Assembly (NCBI GenBank): GCA_004764695.1 | Contig: SMSO01000031.1 | Coordinates: 3,758,436-3,822,435 of the forward strand | From: Schizochytrium sp. TIO01 | Lineage: Eukaryota > Protista > Bigyra: Labyrinthulomycetes | DNA: 64,000 bases | Reading direction: 5' to 3' | In this document: positions 45,876-57,183 of the stretch, piece by piece | How positions within the stretch are numbered: the first letter of the stretch is position 1 | How the letters are laid out: each line of letters starts with the position of its first letter | Translations under genes and position numbers: made by a program | Notes under the pieces: generated by a model | What the model was told of the DNA's origin: nothing | Seen by the model: only the letters and a program-made list of their open reading frames with translations | The model's database searches: none

Positions 45876-48800
45876 TCAACCAAACCAAATACACAATGAG
45901 GAATTGTACTTAAATGTGCTTTTCCCCATAGCTTCTGAAATAGCCTGGATATCGAGCTCATGGCAACCATACAAACGGAGGGTTCGGAGAGATGGTAGAT
46001 GCTGCAAAAGCCCTATTACCGTGTCGTGAGACACTGCAGTGCACCATGAGAGGTCAAGCTCTTGCAACTTCTGAAGCTGGGCAAGACTGCGCACTCCATG
46101 ATCAGAAATTGCGGAACAACCAGTGAAAATAGCAGTATGTAGATTCGGACAGTGTTTTGCTACGCCACGGACAACCCCATCATCAACCACATCAATCAAT
46201 GCAAGATCTAATACCTCGAGCTTTGAAAAGTCGGCCAATTGATATAGTAAAAGCCTTGCTGCCTCTCGAAAGGGGTCAGAGACAGACCCTTGTTCAACAG
46301 GAGCATCCGTGTTTTTGATATCATTGTCATTATCATTGGTAACATGAGCTCCTAGGTTACCCTGAGCAGATGTTATGTCTGCGTTGTATGTCACTGGTTC
46401 TTGCCGTCCATCGCTTGACGTGTGAAGAAAAGTACTACTAATATCTTTGAGGTGGAATGTCGCAGCTCCAGCGATTGGATTATCCACCTTGCTTTGTTCA
46501 TCGACCAATCTTTGTTCGCTTTCCTCGACACGGGCCCGTTCGCCAAAACTAATCATTGCTGCAGTCCTAGTCTCCATTTCGAATTGATTTCGCTCTAGCA
46601 TAGCCTCTCGCTCCTTCGCGGTAGGAATTGGGCATTTCGCTATTCGAAGAACACGCAAATCTGGCGCGGAATCTACTAAGTTCTTCCAAAATAGTCTTGA
46701 GGAGAACACATCTACGCAATCACTAAGATCAAGCTCCTCGAGGCCATGGAGACAAGTTGAAATTGTATTCAGAACTTTTTGATTGAAAGTGTAAGAATCT
46801 GCCCCAGCAAACCGAAGGATCCGCAGACGCGGGGAGTTCTCTAAAACGTAACTAACAGCATCATCATCGGGATCAGGACCCTGGAGTTCCAGTTGAGTAT
46901 TCCGTCTCTGCCCGATTAAATTTTTGCAGTAGGAAAGATCGAGAACCTCCAGGGTCTCAAGTGCAAGAAAGCCTAGCCGCTGGAACTTCTCTCTTGAGAT
47001 CTTTGCTTCGTGGCTATCACGTACGATGATCTCGGTGAGGTTTGCTTGTGAAAATATACGGTCAAGCTTCAGGAGCTTGTAAGCGCACGTAAACTCAACA
47101 ATACGTAAGCTAAAGCATATATCAAGGCATTCCTGTACAGTGTCATCATCTAGAACGTGGCCGCAGTTAATCAGGCGTAATTCTCGAAGAGAGTGACAGT
47201 TCTGTTTGAGCATCGAAAGCAGAAGCGCCCTATTCAACGGGGCGCAACATTCGAGACGGATAGAAGTAAAACCTGTGAAAGAAGGCCGTGCAATACATAA
47301 TAAAGCTTCTTTGCTCACAGAAGCAACACGGTTGCCATTGAGCATGAATTTTCCAATTTTAGCGGAAGCTTCATTATCTGCAAACTCAGCATTACAGGCA
47401 GAGGAAGAACTCAAATTAGCTAGAGCATTCCCAAGGTAGTCTGAGGTGAAGAACAACGGAAGCTCATCGGTTGGATCTTTAGGAGCAAGCCCATCGGTAT
47501 CATATAGATGACTTTCGCGTTCCCAACGAAGGTCACTAAGCCAATCCTCCAGTGCATGACCCTGAGTACTAAGTCTTTGCAGTGCCTTTACCGCATCAGG
47601 AGGGTCGAGCTGGAAGAACATTGACGAACACATATCGATCAAAGTTTTTGGAGTACGATTTGGATGCGGACCGATACACTCCCCAACTGGATTCCGAAGA
47701 CCTTGCGCAACTTGGCCCAGTTGTTTTTCGAGGCTCTCGTAAATTAACTCCAGTGCGGTTTTCAAAACGCCGTCCTCGCCATTCTGTAAGCTCTCTTCTC
47801 CAATATCGACCTTCTTGCGGAAAAGATTTTGTAAATCTTTGAGAGTAAGAGTTTTTGCATTCTGAAATTTTTCAGAAAATGCCCCCGCAGTTAATGCACG
47901 CTTTTTTTCCTGCATAATCAGCATATCAGCTTCGATAGATTCAGTTGTAAGGTAACGTAAAACGCGCACAGGTTTAAGCTGGCCGATCCGATGCACTCGG
48001 TCAATAGCCTGTGCTTCGAGACTCTCATTCCACCATGGATCTGCGATAAGAACATCTGACCCAGATATCAGATTCAGGCCAAGGCCACCTGCACGCAGAC
48101 TGATGAGAAAAACATTCACTGTAGGATCCTCCCGAAATCGTTGTAAAGACACTTCCCGCTGAGACTGATTCATGGTACCATCTAAGCGGACGACATTGAA
48201 ACCATACTTTTCAATAGAGTGCTGAATGAGATCTAGAAATTTGGTAAATTGAGAGAACACAAGTGCCTTCAGACATGAATTCTGCCGACGCAAGGCAATG
48301 AGGTCTTCAATTATAGCGACTAGCTTACTGCTTGGCCAGAAAGTTGCACGCCGTTTACTCATTTCCTCTCTGGTCTCGTTAAGCTGTTGTTGAAGCGAAG
48401 AATAAAAACCATCGAGAACCGCACTCTGTGCTTCTGCGCGGGCAAGCTGCCGGTGCTCATAGGCTTCGATTGCTCGTTTCCGAGCAAGCTTACGTGCAGC
48501 TATTATTGTTTTCTGAACTTTCATTTGGGCAATCTTTCTAAGTTTCATCACGGGAACGCCTCGAAGTTCGTCATTCGTTTGTAGTTTTAGCAGCATACTG
48601 TTCAACTCGTTTTGCAGAGCAGGGTCTGCACTCGATTCATCATCCACATCTTTCTCGTCAAAGATATTGGAGATGTCATCTTCCTCGGCATTGTTCTCTT
48701 CAAAGTTTTCATCCTCGTCATCTCCTAGCATAGTCTTCATCATATCCTCGTCATTTAATGCATGTGCAATGAGTAGAGGGTGGTTGCAAAATTGTCGCAA

Positions 48801-50756
48801 ACGAATGAGCCACACAAAAATGTGTTTGAGCAAAACCTGCATACCTTCACCCTCATACTTATTGAATGTGTCACGCGAACATGCGTAGAGACGATTGTAA
48901 TTCATTCTCTCGATTCGACTGAGAGGAATATGACGAATGAACGTTTCCTTGTAGGGTAAAGGAACAAGTGAGAGAGTATTGTCAGGGTTGGGGGTATACT
49001 TTGTTCTACGAAGTACAAATTTAGAAATGCATCTAGCCAGCAATTGCCAAGCCAGCTTTTCATTGTGCGCGAGCTTCTGTGATATTGTTGTGCTGGTTTT
49101 CCTGCTCAAGCTCATATCCACAACCTGCTTGATTGGCTTGGCGATATTTCTCTGCCAAACGCTTTGGTTCTGAGCCTGCGGCACGTTGACAAGGAAAGAA
49201 AGTTGGCTGTAGAGCTCATCTAGGGTATTGTGGATTGGAGTTCCGGTAACACACCAGCGATGCACAGCCAGAAGCCTGCATGCGGATCTATAGGTACTAG
49301 TAGAGGACGTCTTGATGATGTGGCTTTCATCAAGTATAATTCGGTACCAATAATTGCGGAAAAGTGGACCAAGTTTATTTAATGCCTCGGGGTTCTTCTG
49401 GCGATCTCGAAAATGCATTTCGCGTTTTGCAAGAGTGTCGCGACGCAAAAACCTTTCTCTGCGGCGCTTAGGTTCCGCGGGATCGGCCGCTCGCTTCTTT
49501 TTCTCTTCGCCTTCAATACGCATGATAGCATAAGTTGTGAGAATGACATCGTAGTCCTCAAAATGCTTTGCTAATGTTTTGCGATCCGAGTCAGCATCGT
49601 AAACTCCAACCTTCAGAATGCCGTTGCTGAATTTTTCGATCTCGCTGTTCCATTGCTTAATCAGTGATACTGGAAGTACACATAGTGTAGTACGTAAGCA
49701 CCCATCAGGAAGAGGAACCATACATTTTGCTGTCCCATCAATTAATTGTTCATTTGATTTTTTAATCTTTTCCTGGCGAACTTTCCAGTTTTCGTAGGTA
49801 TTTTTGAGCATGAGGGAAATCATTTCGATAGTTTTCCCGAGGCCCTGGTCATCGCAGAGCATACCACATTGAAACTTCGTCTCCTGGGTGTAAAGCCAGC
49901 TTAAAGCAAGGTGTTGGTGAGGATGCAAGGTTGCACTTAATGACGTTGGAATCTTGCAAAGATCAAATAGACGCGATGAACGGTTCTCCTCCATTTTGGC
50001 CACAATTTCACTCATTTTCTCTCGCATTAATGCTTCTTTTTCTTCCTCTTTAGAGCTGAGTTCTTCTAGTTCCCTAAGCCTGCGCCGCCTTTCCTGTTTC
50101 TTACTCCTTTTGGCAACATCCTCGTCTTCGCCAACGTAGCTCTCGTCATCGCTAGAAAATAGAGATAACTCATTATGATCTTTCTCGATGAAGCCACCAA
50201 GAGTAGAGTCCTCGTCAGAATCTACAATTTCATCATCCATGGCTTCTTCAGTAATGAGTAATTTTGTATTAACGAGCTCAATACCATTGTCTGCATCCAT
50301 GATATCTTCACTTTTATCTCTAACACCCTCACCTTCAATGACTCTCCGCTTCTTTGAAGTTTGAAGCGAGTCTTCGTCTTCGTCTTCGTTTGAAGAAAGT
50401 TCTAGTGCAGCGCTTGACCCTGTCTGTCTTTTCTGGGGGGTTGTGGATAGGTAAGACGAGTATTCCTTGGAGGCAGGATCTATTGCATGCCGCGAGGTAG
50501 CTCCAAGGCCTGCGATAATCGTTGGTACTCCGTCTGTATTCTGTTTCTTCGCTTGGTCATCGTTGGCAAAATCTACCTCCGAAATGTCATCTTCGTCGTC
50601 ACTTAAAGACAGGTCCATATTTAAAATGAGAAGCTTTAGATTCGGTATGTTTTGGCCTGAGAACAAGCAACTTGGCGAGGCATCTGCAGCTCGGCAGGGC
50701 CCAGGATTCTTGTCTCGTTCCTTGGTGTCACCTTTCTGTATTTGGATTTCTATCAT
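45876..50756 (-). CDS. SNF2-family (Rad5/16-like) ATPase fused to C-terminal leucine-rich repeats
   Basis: Motifs I GMLCDDQGLGKT, Ia LPVSLIKQW, II IILDESH, III VTGTPIHN, IV LVFSQFT, V SLRAGGLGLNL and VI QAIDRVHRIGQ. Cys-containing LRRs: LEVLDLSYC, LEELDLSDC, LQELDLSWC, LRTLRLYGC. Alternative start at 50618. Confidence 0.92.
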   Translation of the reverse strand: MIEIQIQKGDTKERDKNPGPCRAADASPSCLFSGQNIPNLKLLILNMDLSLSDDEDDISEVDFANDDQAKKQNTDGVPTIIAGLGATSRHAIDPASKEYSSYLSTTPQKRQTGSSAALELSSNEDEDEDSLQTSKKRRVIEGEGVRDKSEDIMDADNGIELVNTKLLITEEAMDDEIVDSDEDSTLGGFIEKDHNELSLFSSDDESYVGEDEDVAKRSKKQERRRRLRELEELSSKEEEKEALMREKMSEIVAKMEENRSSRLFDLCKIPTSLSATLHPHQHLALSWLYTQETKFQCGMLCDDQGLGKTIEMISLMLKNTYENWKVRQEKIKKSNEQLIDGTAKCMVPLPDGCLRTTLCVLPVSLIKQWNSEIEKFSNGILKVGVYDADSDRKTLAKHFEDYDVILTTYAIMRIEGEEKKKRAADPAEPKRRRERFLRRDTLAKREMHFRDRQKNPEALNKLGPLFRNYWYRIILDESHIIKTSSTSTYRSACRLLAVHRWCVTGTPIHNTLDELYSQLSFLVNVPQAQNQSVWQRNIAKPIKQVVDMSLSRKTSTTISQKLAHNEKLAWQLLARCISKFVLRRTKYTPNPDNTLSLVPLPYKETFIRHIPLSRIERMNYNRLYACSRDTFNKYEGEGMQVLLKHIFVWLIRLRQFCNHPLLIAHALNDEDMMKTMLGDDEDENFEENNAEEDDISNIFDEKDVDDESSADPALQNELNSMLLKLQTNDELRGVPVMKLRKIAQMKVQKTIIAARKLARKRAIEAYEHRQLARAEAQSAVLDGFYSSLQQQLNETREEMSKRRATFWPSSKLVAIIEDLIALRRQNSCLKALVFSQFTKFLDLIQHSIEKYGFNVVRLDGTMNQSQREVSLQRFREDPTVNVFLISLRAGGLGLNLISGSDVLIADPWWNESLEAQAIDRVHRIGQLKPVRVLRYLTTESIEADMLIMQEKKRALTAGAFSEKFQNAKTLTLKDLQNLFRKKVDIGEESLQNGEDGVLKTALELIYESLEKQLGQVAQGLRNPVGECIGPHPNRTPKTLIDMCSSMFFQLDPPDAVKALQRLSTQGHALEDWLSDLRWERESHLYDTDGLAPKDPTDELPLFFTSDYLGNALANLSSSSACNAEFADNEASAKIGKFMLNGNRVASVSKEALLCIARPSFTGFTSIRLECCAPLNRALLLSMLKQNCHSLRELRLINCGHVLDDDTVQECLDICFSLRIVEFTCAYKLLKLDRIFSQANLTEIIVRDSHEAKISREKFQRLGFLALETLEVLDLSYCKNLIGQRRNTQLELQGPDPDDDAVSYVLENSPRLRILRFAGADSYTFNQKVLNTISTCLHGLEELDLSDCVDVFSSRLFWKNLVDSAPDLRVLRIAKCPIPTAKEREAMLERNQFEMETRTAAMISFGERARVEESEQRLVDEQSKVDNPIAGAATFHLKDISSTFLHTSSDGRQEPVTYNADITSAQGNLGAHVTNDNDNDIKNTDAPVEQGSVSDPFREAARLLLYQLADFSKLEVLDLALIDVVDDGVVRGVAKHCPNLHTAIFTGCSAISDHGVRSLAQLQKLQELDLSWCTAVSHDTVIGLLQHLPSLRTLRLYGCHELDIQAISEAMGKSTFKYNSSLCIWFG

Positions 50757-51804
50757 TAGGTAGTAACCAAATTTTAGGTGCTCTCAACTATAATACCTAC
50801 CTAGTAAAACATCTACTGCTCTAGGTGGTAGTAGGACACCTACTACATAAAAATGTAAGAACACTTTGAAAGACTTATGTTCCTCCAACGAAGCAACAAA
50901 TCGTACATGCAACATGGAACTCATTGACCCTTGAAAAAATAAGATTGTTTAGAATCAAATGCATGCACGACAAAGGCTTTCCTTGTAGCAAATGTTGGAA
51001 GGCTTATAGTAATGTGTATTTTCCAATATGAAACTGAAAAAGTTGACGGCTTCACTAGACGCACTGGCTAACGAGGTAGTGGAGCAGGTACTATTACCTT
51101 CAGCAAAGAAGCACTAAACTTGCGGTGCTAGATAAAGTGTACACCGGGACAAACCAATTTCCTGATCTTACTTGCGGAGTAGTAGGGTTAGTGTGATCAG
51201 TGTCTCATCTAGGTTGTGTATCTTACTTCCTGTCAACTATAAAGTCAATGTTTGGTTTCCCAAGTAAAAGGCCCCATATTGAGATGTTTCCAATTTATTT
51301 TTTAAGAACTATATAGTGTCCCAAATTCTGATTTTCGTGCTCTGATAATTATAAAAATAAATGGGGGCACAATAGCGATAAGGTTTATTTGAACAAGGAT
51401 CTTGGGAGAAGGCGTTTCTTTGATACTTAATATTAAAATATTTAAGATATCATTTCTACACGAGAACTTAGGAATTTCGGTCATTAGCAGTCTTCACTCA
51501 ATAACGAAAAGATAGTTCGTGGGTTTCAGTCTTAGTATTGCCTACTATTGGTATTTAGTGACTATTATGTACCTGAAGTTTGTAAGCTGCTATGATAGCA
51601 GACGTAGAACACATCTGTCTACAGAAGACGAAGAAGAAATTATAAAAGATGAAATTGAGGATATGTAAAATTCAGCATCATCAACCAGAGCCAGCCAATG
51701 ACGACCGTATTCAGCACTCTCCGTCAGTAGTTTGTGCATAAACATTAAGAAGGTGAAAAGGGGTGGCGAGATACTCCTCATAACAAATGATTCACATGAG
51801 TGTA

Positions 51805-53448
51805 TCAGGCGCTCGAGCTAGATATACTTGTCGCCGTAGCGATTGTGCCAAGCACAGCAACTAGAGACCCAAATATAATCATAAACCACGAAAGAATACG
51901 CTGATGCAAAACATGAACAAGCGCACGACGATCATTTGCGCTAAGCTCATGTACACTCAGCTCCCGAACACGAGACATAACTGCCCGAGTTGCGCCAAGA
52001 TAGAAGACTCCAGGTAAGATGAAAACAACCATGGAGCAGCAAAGGCTACCTAGAAGGCCAAAAACTGTTGAGACATTGGGCACAAGTAAAGCCAATGTAT
52101 ATCCAATAATAAGAATAAGAAGTGATTCTGCGGCTCGAACTTTCAAACTGTTGTGGGTGTTCCCGTGTGTGCGCCTTGGGAGAAGATGTTGATTCTCTGC
52201 CATCGTACCCGCAGCACTACCTTGTTGCTGCTGCTGCTGCTGAATCTGCTGTTGTGAATGCGAAGTGTGCAAAAACTTCGGTGCAGCGAATAACCAGCTA
52301 TGGATTGCAACTCGAGTCGGATATTGAATTAGAGGAAGCGCCAACGTGCAAGTTAGGGCTTCTGCAATGCGTGCAGCGGCAATGAGATTATCATCGATGG
52401 GAAAATACCCGATTGCAAGAATATTGTCAGGAACCCCTTCCGGTGTGCAACTAAATCGGACATAACCAAATGAGCCTGCGCAACAGTACAGGAGCATTGC
52501 AAAGACGATAGCATTGCGGAAAATATTCCGCATACGAACAGGCGACCGTTTGCGAAGCTGACTGTAGACAGGTAAGACGTTGAGATGGCATACAAAGGAG
52601 AAGCAAAATACTGGAAGCCCTTGGAATACGCCAGTCAGAGATTTGGGGCCATAGGAAATTCCACAATATTCGCCAAACTGGATGGAGCGTACAGCAATTG
52701 CGACTGTGAGGAAAACAGCAAATAAAAAGGCAAGCATGCTCGTATGGCGAAGGGAGCTGAGGTTTTCGAGGCAGCAGAGAGGGAAGACAACACAGAATAC
52801 TAGAATACCCGTAACTACATCATCAGCAACTGGGCCGTCGCACAGGAACGATTCTTTACCTGCGATTTGGCAAAGGCTCGGGGGTAGCAATGACTTAATT
52901 ACCAGGATGTATGCACTTGCAGCACCTATATTGAGAACAACAATGAGAAGCTTGACAGAGTTCGACACAATTGGACCATACAGAACCAATGCAAGATCAC
53001 CAAAACTTCCTCGCCCTGTTCGTAGGTATGAAGAGAGAATAAGATTGCAGCTCAATGTGGAAGCCACGGCTGTTAAAGCAAGGAGAAAGAGACCAAGAAC
53101 TAGGCCACATTGTGCCAGCGCGTAGGGAATAGAGAGAATTCCAGCACCAAGGATTGTGCTGGTCAGATTATAAGTTGAAACAATTATGCCTGCATTATCC
53201 TCCCCAGTAGGTCGAGCATTTATGTTCTCGACACCTTGTTCGTATGAGGCGACTCGGAGCATCCGAAGGGGGGCATCAACATCAGCATAAGGCTCCGTGT
53301 CAGGATCGTCGTCGTCGGTATCATCAAGAATTGGTACGTCGTCAAGACCTTCGCCTAAAGGTCGTCCGCCGAGGCTACCGGAGAAGGAGCTTTCCTCGTC
53401 TGTCTCCTCCAGCAAAGCTACTCGCAGCTGCCGAGGCGTGCGAAGCAT
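51805..53448 (-). CDS. Amino acid transporter (AAAP/SLC38/Avt family)
   Basis: YNLTSTILGAGILSIPYA, FPLCCLENLSSLRHTS, PVFCFSFVCHLNVLPVYSQL and VFGLLGSLCCSMVVFILPG; about 11 TM helices. Confidence 0.95.
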   Translation of the reverse strand: MLRTPRQLRVALLEETDEESSFSGSLGGRPLGEGLDDVPILDDTDDDDPDTEPYADVDAPLRMLRVASYEQGVENINARPTGEDNAGIIVSTYNLTSTILGAGILSIPYALAQCGLVLGLFLLALTAVASTLSCNLILSSYLRTGRGSFGDLALVLYGPIVSNSVKLLIVVLNIGAASAYILVIKSLLPPSLCQIAGKESFLCDGPVADDVVTGILVFCVVFPLCCLENLSSLRHTSMLAFLFAVFLTVAIAVRSIQFGEYCGISYGPKSLTGVFQGLPVFCFSFVCHLNVLPVYSQLRKRSPVRMRNIFRNAIVFAMLLYCCAGSFGYVRFSCTPEGVPDNILAIGYFPIDDNLIAAARIAEALTCTLALPLIQYPTRVAIHSWLFAAPKFLHTSHSQQQIQQQQQQQGSAAGTMAENQHLLPRRTHGNTHNSLKVRAAESLLILIIGYTLALLVPNVSTVFGLLGSLCCSMVVFILPGVFYLGATRAVMSRVRELSVHELSANDRRALVHVLHQRILSWFMIIFGSLVAVLGTIATATSISSSSA

Positions 53449-54465
53449 AGTGCCTCCTCGCCTTGCTTGATGATACTTTCGCGATTCGTCAAGTTCGTTT
53501 GCAAGCTGGAAAACTTCTCGTACGGCACCCTCGCTGGATTCTTGTAGACATAGGACTATACGGATTATACCCTACAATCTAAGCTCTTTTTCAAAAGCAC
53601 TGTCTTTCTACTTTTCTCTCTTTCTTTCTTTCTTCTTGGATTTTCTATGCTATAGCCTAATAGTAGGGTAAGTAGAAGGTAATTAGGTCTTTCCTAGCAA
53701 CCTGCCTACCTAGGTATCAACACCTATGATAAGTCCTTGCTATGAAAATTTGTTCGGGTGTGCGTGCAACGAGACAACTAGATTTTCGGGAGATGCAAAT
53801 GTGCTCAAACCCAATGTTTAGGTTAAAGCGATAATGAAGAAGTGTCTCAGCTTCTTGTCTATAATCACCATAGCAACAATGGTCCTCTTATTTAAGCAAG
53901 CCCCTGGGCAGGTCCTTTTTTGTAGTAATTAGTACAAATATGTCACCATACTTTCTGTCGGAATATGATAACTCCTAAGGTACAACAGTTCAAAGTAAAA
54001 AACTCATGGCACGTGCAGAAAATATATTGAATGTTGTATTATCAATAAGACTCATATGAAAGCAAAAAAATGCATAATTTAATATTCTGAAACAAAGTAC
54101 AATATATGAAAAGATAGAAATCTGAATTCAGTGTCCTCGTTTTCAGAATTTCGCGGCTTAAGCACTCATGTAACTTCCCTAGATAAAATGACGCCAAAAT
54201 CTTAATCTAGACTTGCTGCGAATACTTGAGGTTTGATCTCCTCGACTAATGCAATATATCTATACATAGTTACTTCTCCCCGTGTTAACTCATTTGAAGA
54301 CTTGCCGCGGTCTTGAGAGTTTCAAACAAACATTTGGTAAAGACGAATGTGATAATTGTTTAATTCAATGAAAACACAACCGGTTATTCAGATTGAAGTT
54401 AAATTCCAAATTCTAATAATTTCTACATATCTATATATCAACGAAATTATGCGGGAATGAAATCA

Positions 54466-56308
54466 TCATGCCGCAGCAGCCTTGTCGGATGTATCTACTC
54501 TTCCCTCTTCAAAAAAACGAGGAATGATACGAGTTTGAGTGACAGGGCTCGCACATTGTGTCAGTCTTGGAGTGCTAAGGTCAAAGTTAAAGTCTAAACC
54601 TCCGACAGCAGACGTAGTTGATGCTGGAAAGTTAAAACCGTCCTCCAAATGTAGGGAGTCTAGCATGCTCAAATCAAGACCACCTACTTTTGGAGAAGCA
54701 CGGAACATATTACCAAATCGCGAGCTGTCGCTAGCCCTGCATGACATGGGCCGGAGAGCGGTTTGCTGCGAGTAATTGTCGGATGGGCGACGCGGAGTCA
54801 CAGCTTTTGAAATTCCACCTAGAAGATCTTTAAAGTCCTCGTCAATTGATAGACCAACAAGAGATTGTGCAAGGTTTGTGCCTGAATTAGCATCTGCAGA
54901 AGCCATGTTCGACATTCCTGAGCCTTCTAGATCCATACTTCCAAGCAAGTCGTTGTGGCCTGTATGGTGTACCCCAGCCGCAAAGCGATCAAACATGGAG
55001 CTCACACTGCGAGGCGTACCATGAGCCCCAGGAGAAGCTAGCATCAATGGAACTTGAAAAGCTCCAAAGGGTGTTTGTGGCGGTGAAACACTGAATGTGT
55101 TAAGCTCGGAGGTAGACAAATTCAAAGCAGGAGGAGGCCGTTTCGAGAAGGAAGCTTTTCGTTCGTTCATGCATTGAGCTGCAGTGGGGCTCATCTCGTT
55201 ACTTTGAACGTTTTCATTCAACTCTTCGTGAGAAGAAAGCGACTGAGAGGAAAGATGGGACTCGGAAACACTGTCTTGAGATTGAGACAGCTTCATACTC
55301 GCAGGAGAGGTCTTACGCAGAGTGAGTGATTTCTTCTTGGCACTGCTATTATTTTGCATAGCAGAACTACTGTGTTGAGAGCGGCCATACCCTTGATGTG
55401 ACTCTTGGAGATACCCCATGGAATTATTGGCAGACTGGCCACTTTGATGGCCCATCATTGAAGATGATCGTCCTTGAGAAGACATCGAAGGCTGCAGACG
55501 AACCAGATTCTGGGATCGATGCGTAGGAATGCTGGTGTTTGAGTTTGCTGAAGCACTTGGAACAGTTGAGCTCTTGTATTTGGGATACCTTCTGTTCATA
55601 AGTGAATTCCAACGGTTCTTGACTGCATTCTCAGGACGACCAGGAAGCATTTTAGCGATCTCGCACCAACGATTGCCAACACGTTCTTGAGCTTTTAACA
55701 ATACTTGGTCTTCGGCCTCAGTCCAAGGGGGATTTCTTAACAGATGCGTCTAGGTGGTTCAACCAGCGCTCACGGCATTGTTTACCAATGCGACCGGGCA
55801 CATGGGAAGCAATTACGGACCATTTCTTAGGTCCAAATTCTTTCACCAGTTTGGCGAGCAGCTCGTCTTCTTCGCGAGTCCATGGTCCCTTAATACGCGT
55901 GTTTCCTCCAACCGGGGGGTTCGCTTTACCAGAGGACATAATAGTTGGCGACACAGCGGGGGGCATGTTCTTGCTTTGAGAAGGACTAGAGCTGTGAAAT
56001 GCGGAGGTTGGTGTTGTCTTTGAGCTACTTTCATCTCCACTCACCGATTTCGTTTCTTCCGAAGAACTCAGAGCAGTTTTTACCCCTGCAGTTTTGCTTC
56101 GAAGCCCATTGCTTGTGAGAGTGTCACGGTTGTGCCATTCTGTGCTTGTCGCCAAGAGGGCTCGTTTAGCCATAGCGGACGATGACCCGGTCTCGTTTGA
56201 GCTGTTGCCACTGCCATTGTTGTTGCTGTTGTGCAAAGGTGGTTCTACTGAAGGCATCATCACAGGAGACCCGGAGCGTTTTCTTGATGAACCGCTGTAG
56301 CTTGACAT
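54466..56308 (-). CDS. R2R3-type MYB transcription factor, split by a +1 frameshift at 55727-55731
   Basis: R2 [12 protein letters not shown]...[25 protein letters not shown]. Removing one G from the G5 run restores the linker [17 protein letters not shown] into R3 [25 protein letters not shown] (613 aa). Confidence 0.95.
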
Positions 56309-56963
56309 TGTGTAGGTGATCTGAAAGACTGGAATGTATTCTATGCTGTTGCAGATATCTGGCTGCTCTGCGATTGAGGATTTGCTACCTCCTTTGCAAA
56401 ATCACAACAGCTTATATCGTATGTGCTAGTTGTTTAAGACTTTCAACCTCACCTGCGCAATTAAGTTCACCTGCAGCTATGGAGGTTTGTCTTTGGTGTC
56501 TGCTGCAGTCCATTTGGTCACTCCAGGCGTCCGGTGTCCTGGTTTAACTTTCTTTACTTTTAATTACTTTTTAAAGTTCTAGATAATTTTAACCGTGGTA
56601 GGGGGAAGAATTTAAAAAAAAAAGTAAACATGAAAGACTCCGATGGATGTTTAAGGATCTCAGACTGGGACGATAGAGGCGAATGCGACACCGGTTTAAA
56701 AGAAAGAGGGTAAATAGTGTTAGGGATAATACTAGGAAATTGAGGGAGAGGAAAGGAAAGGAAAGGAAAGGAAAGAAGAAAAGAAAAAAAAAAAAAGACG
56801 GAGAGTTTCCAATAGAAAGAGGAGAAAAATAGACAGACAAAGCAGAGACAGAGACAGAGACATAGATTGAGAAACAAAGACGAAAACGGAGAGGGAGAGT
56901 CACAAATTGAGGCAGAGAGACAGAAGGGTAGAAAGAAAGGGAAAACAGAAAGAAAGGGAAAAA

Positions 56964-57183
56964 AGAGACAGAGACAGAGACAGAGACAGAGACAAAGACA
57001 AAGACAGAGACAGAGACAGAGACAGAGACAGAGACAGAGACAGAGACAGAGACAGAGACAGAGACAGAGACAGAGACAGAGACAGAGACAGAAACAGAGA
57101 CAGAGTCAGAGTCAGAGACAGAGACAGAGACAGAAACAGAAACAGAGACAGAGACAGAGACAGAGACAGAAACAGAGACAGAA
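56964..57183. repeat. (GAGACA)n hexanucleotide microsatellite, ~36 units, upstream of the MYB gene
   Basis: Read directly from the sequence; a few variant units. Confidence 0.97.

Noticed and set aside
55718-55720. TGA ending the first MYB ORF as possible selenocysteine or readthrough
   Set aside because: The downstream MYB repeat is in a different frame, so an indel rather than stop recoding explains it.
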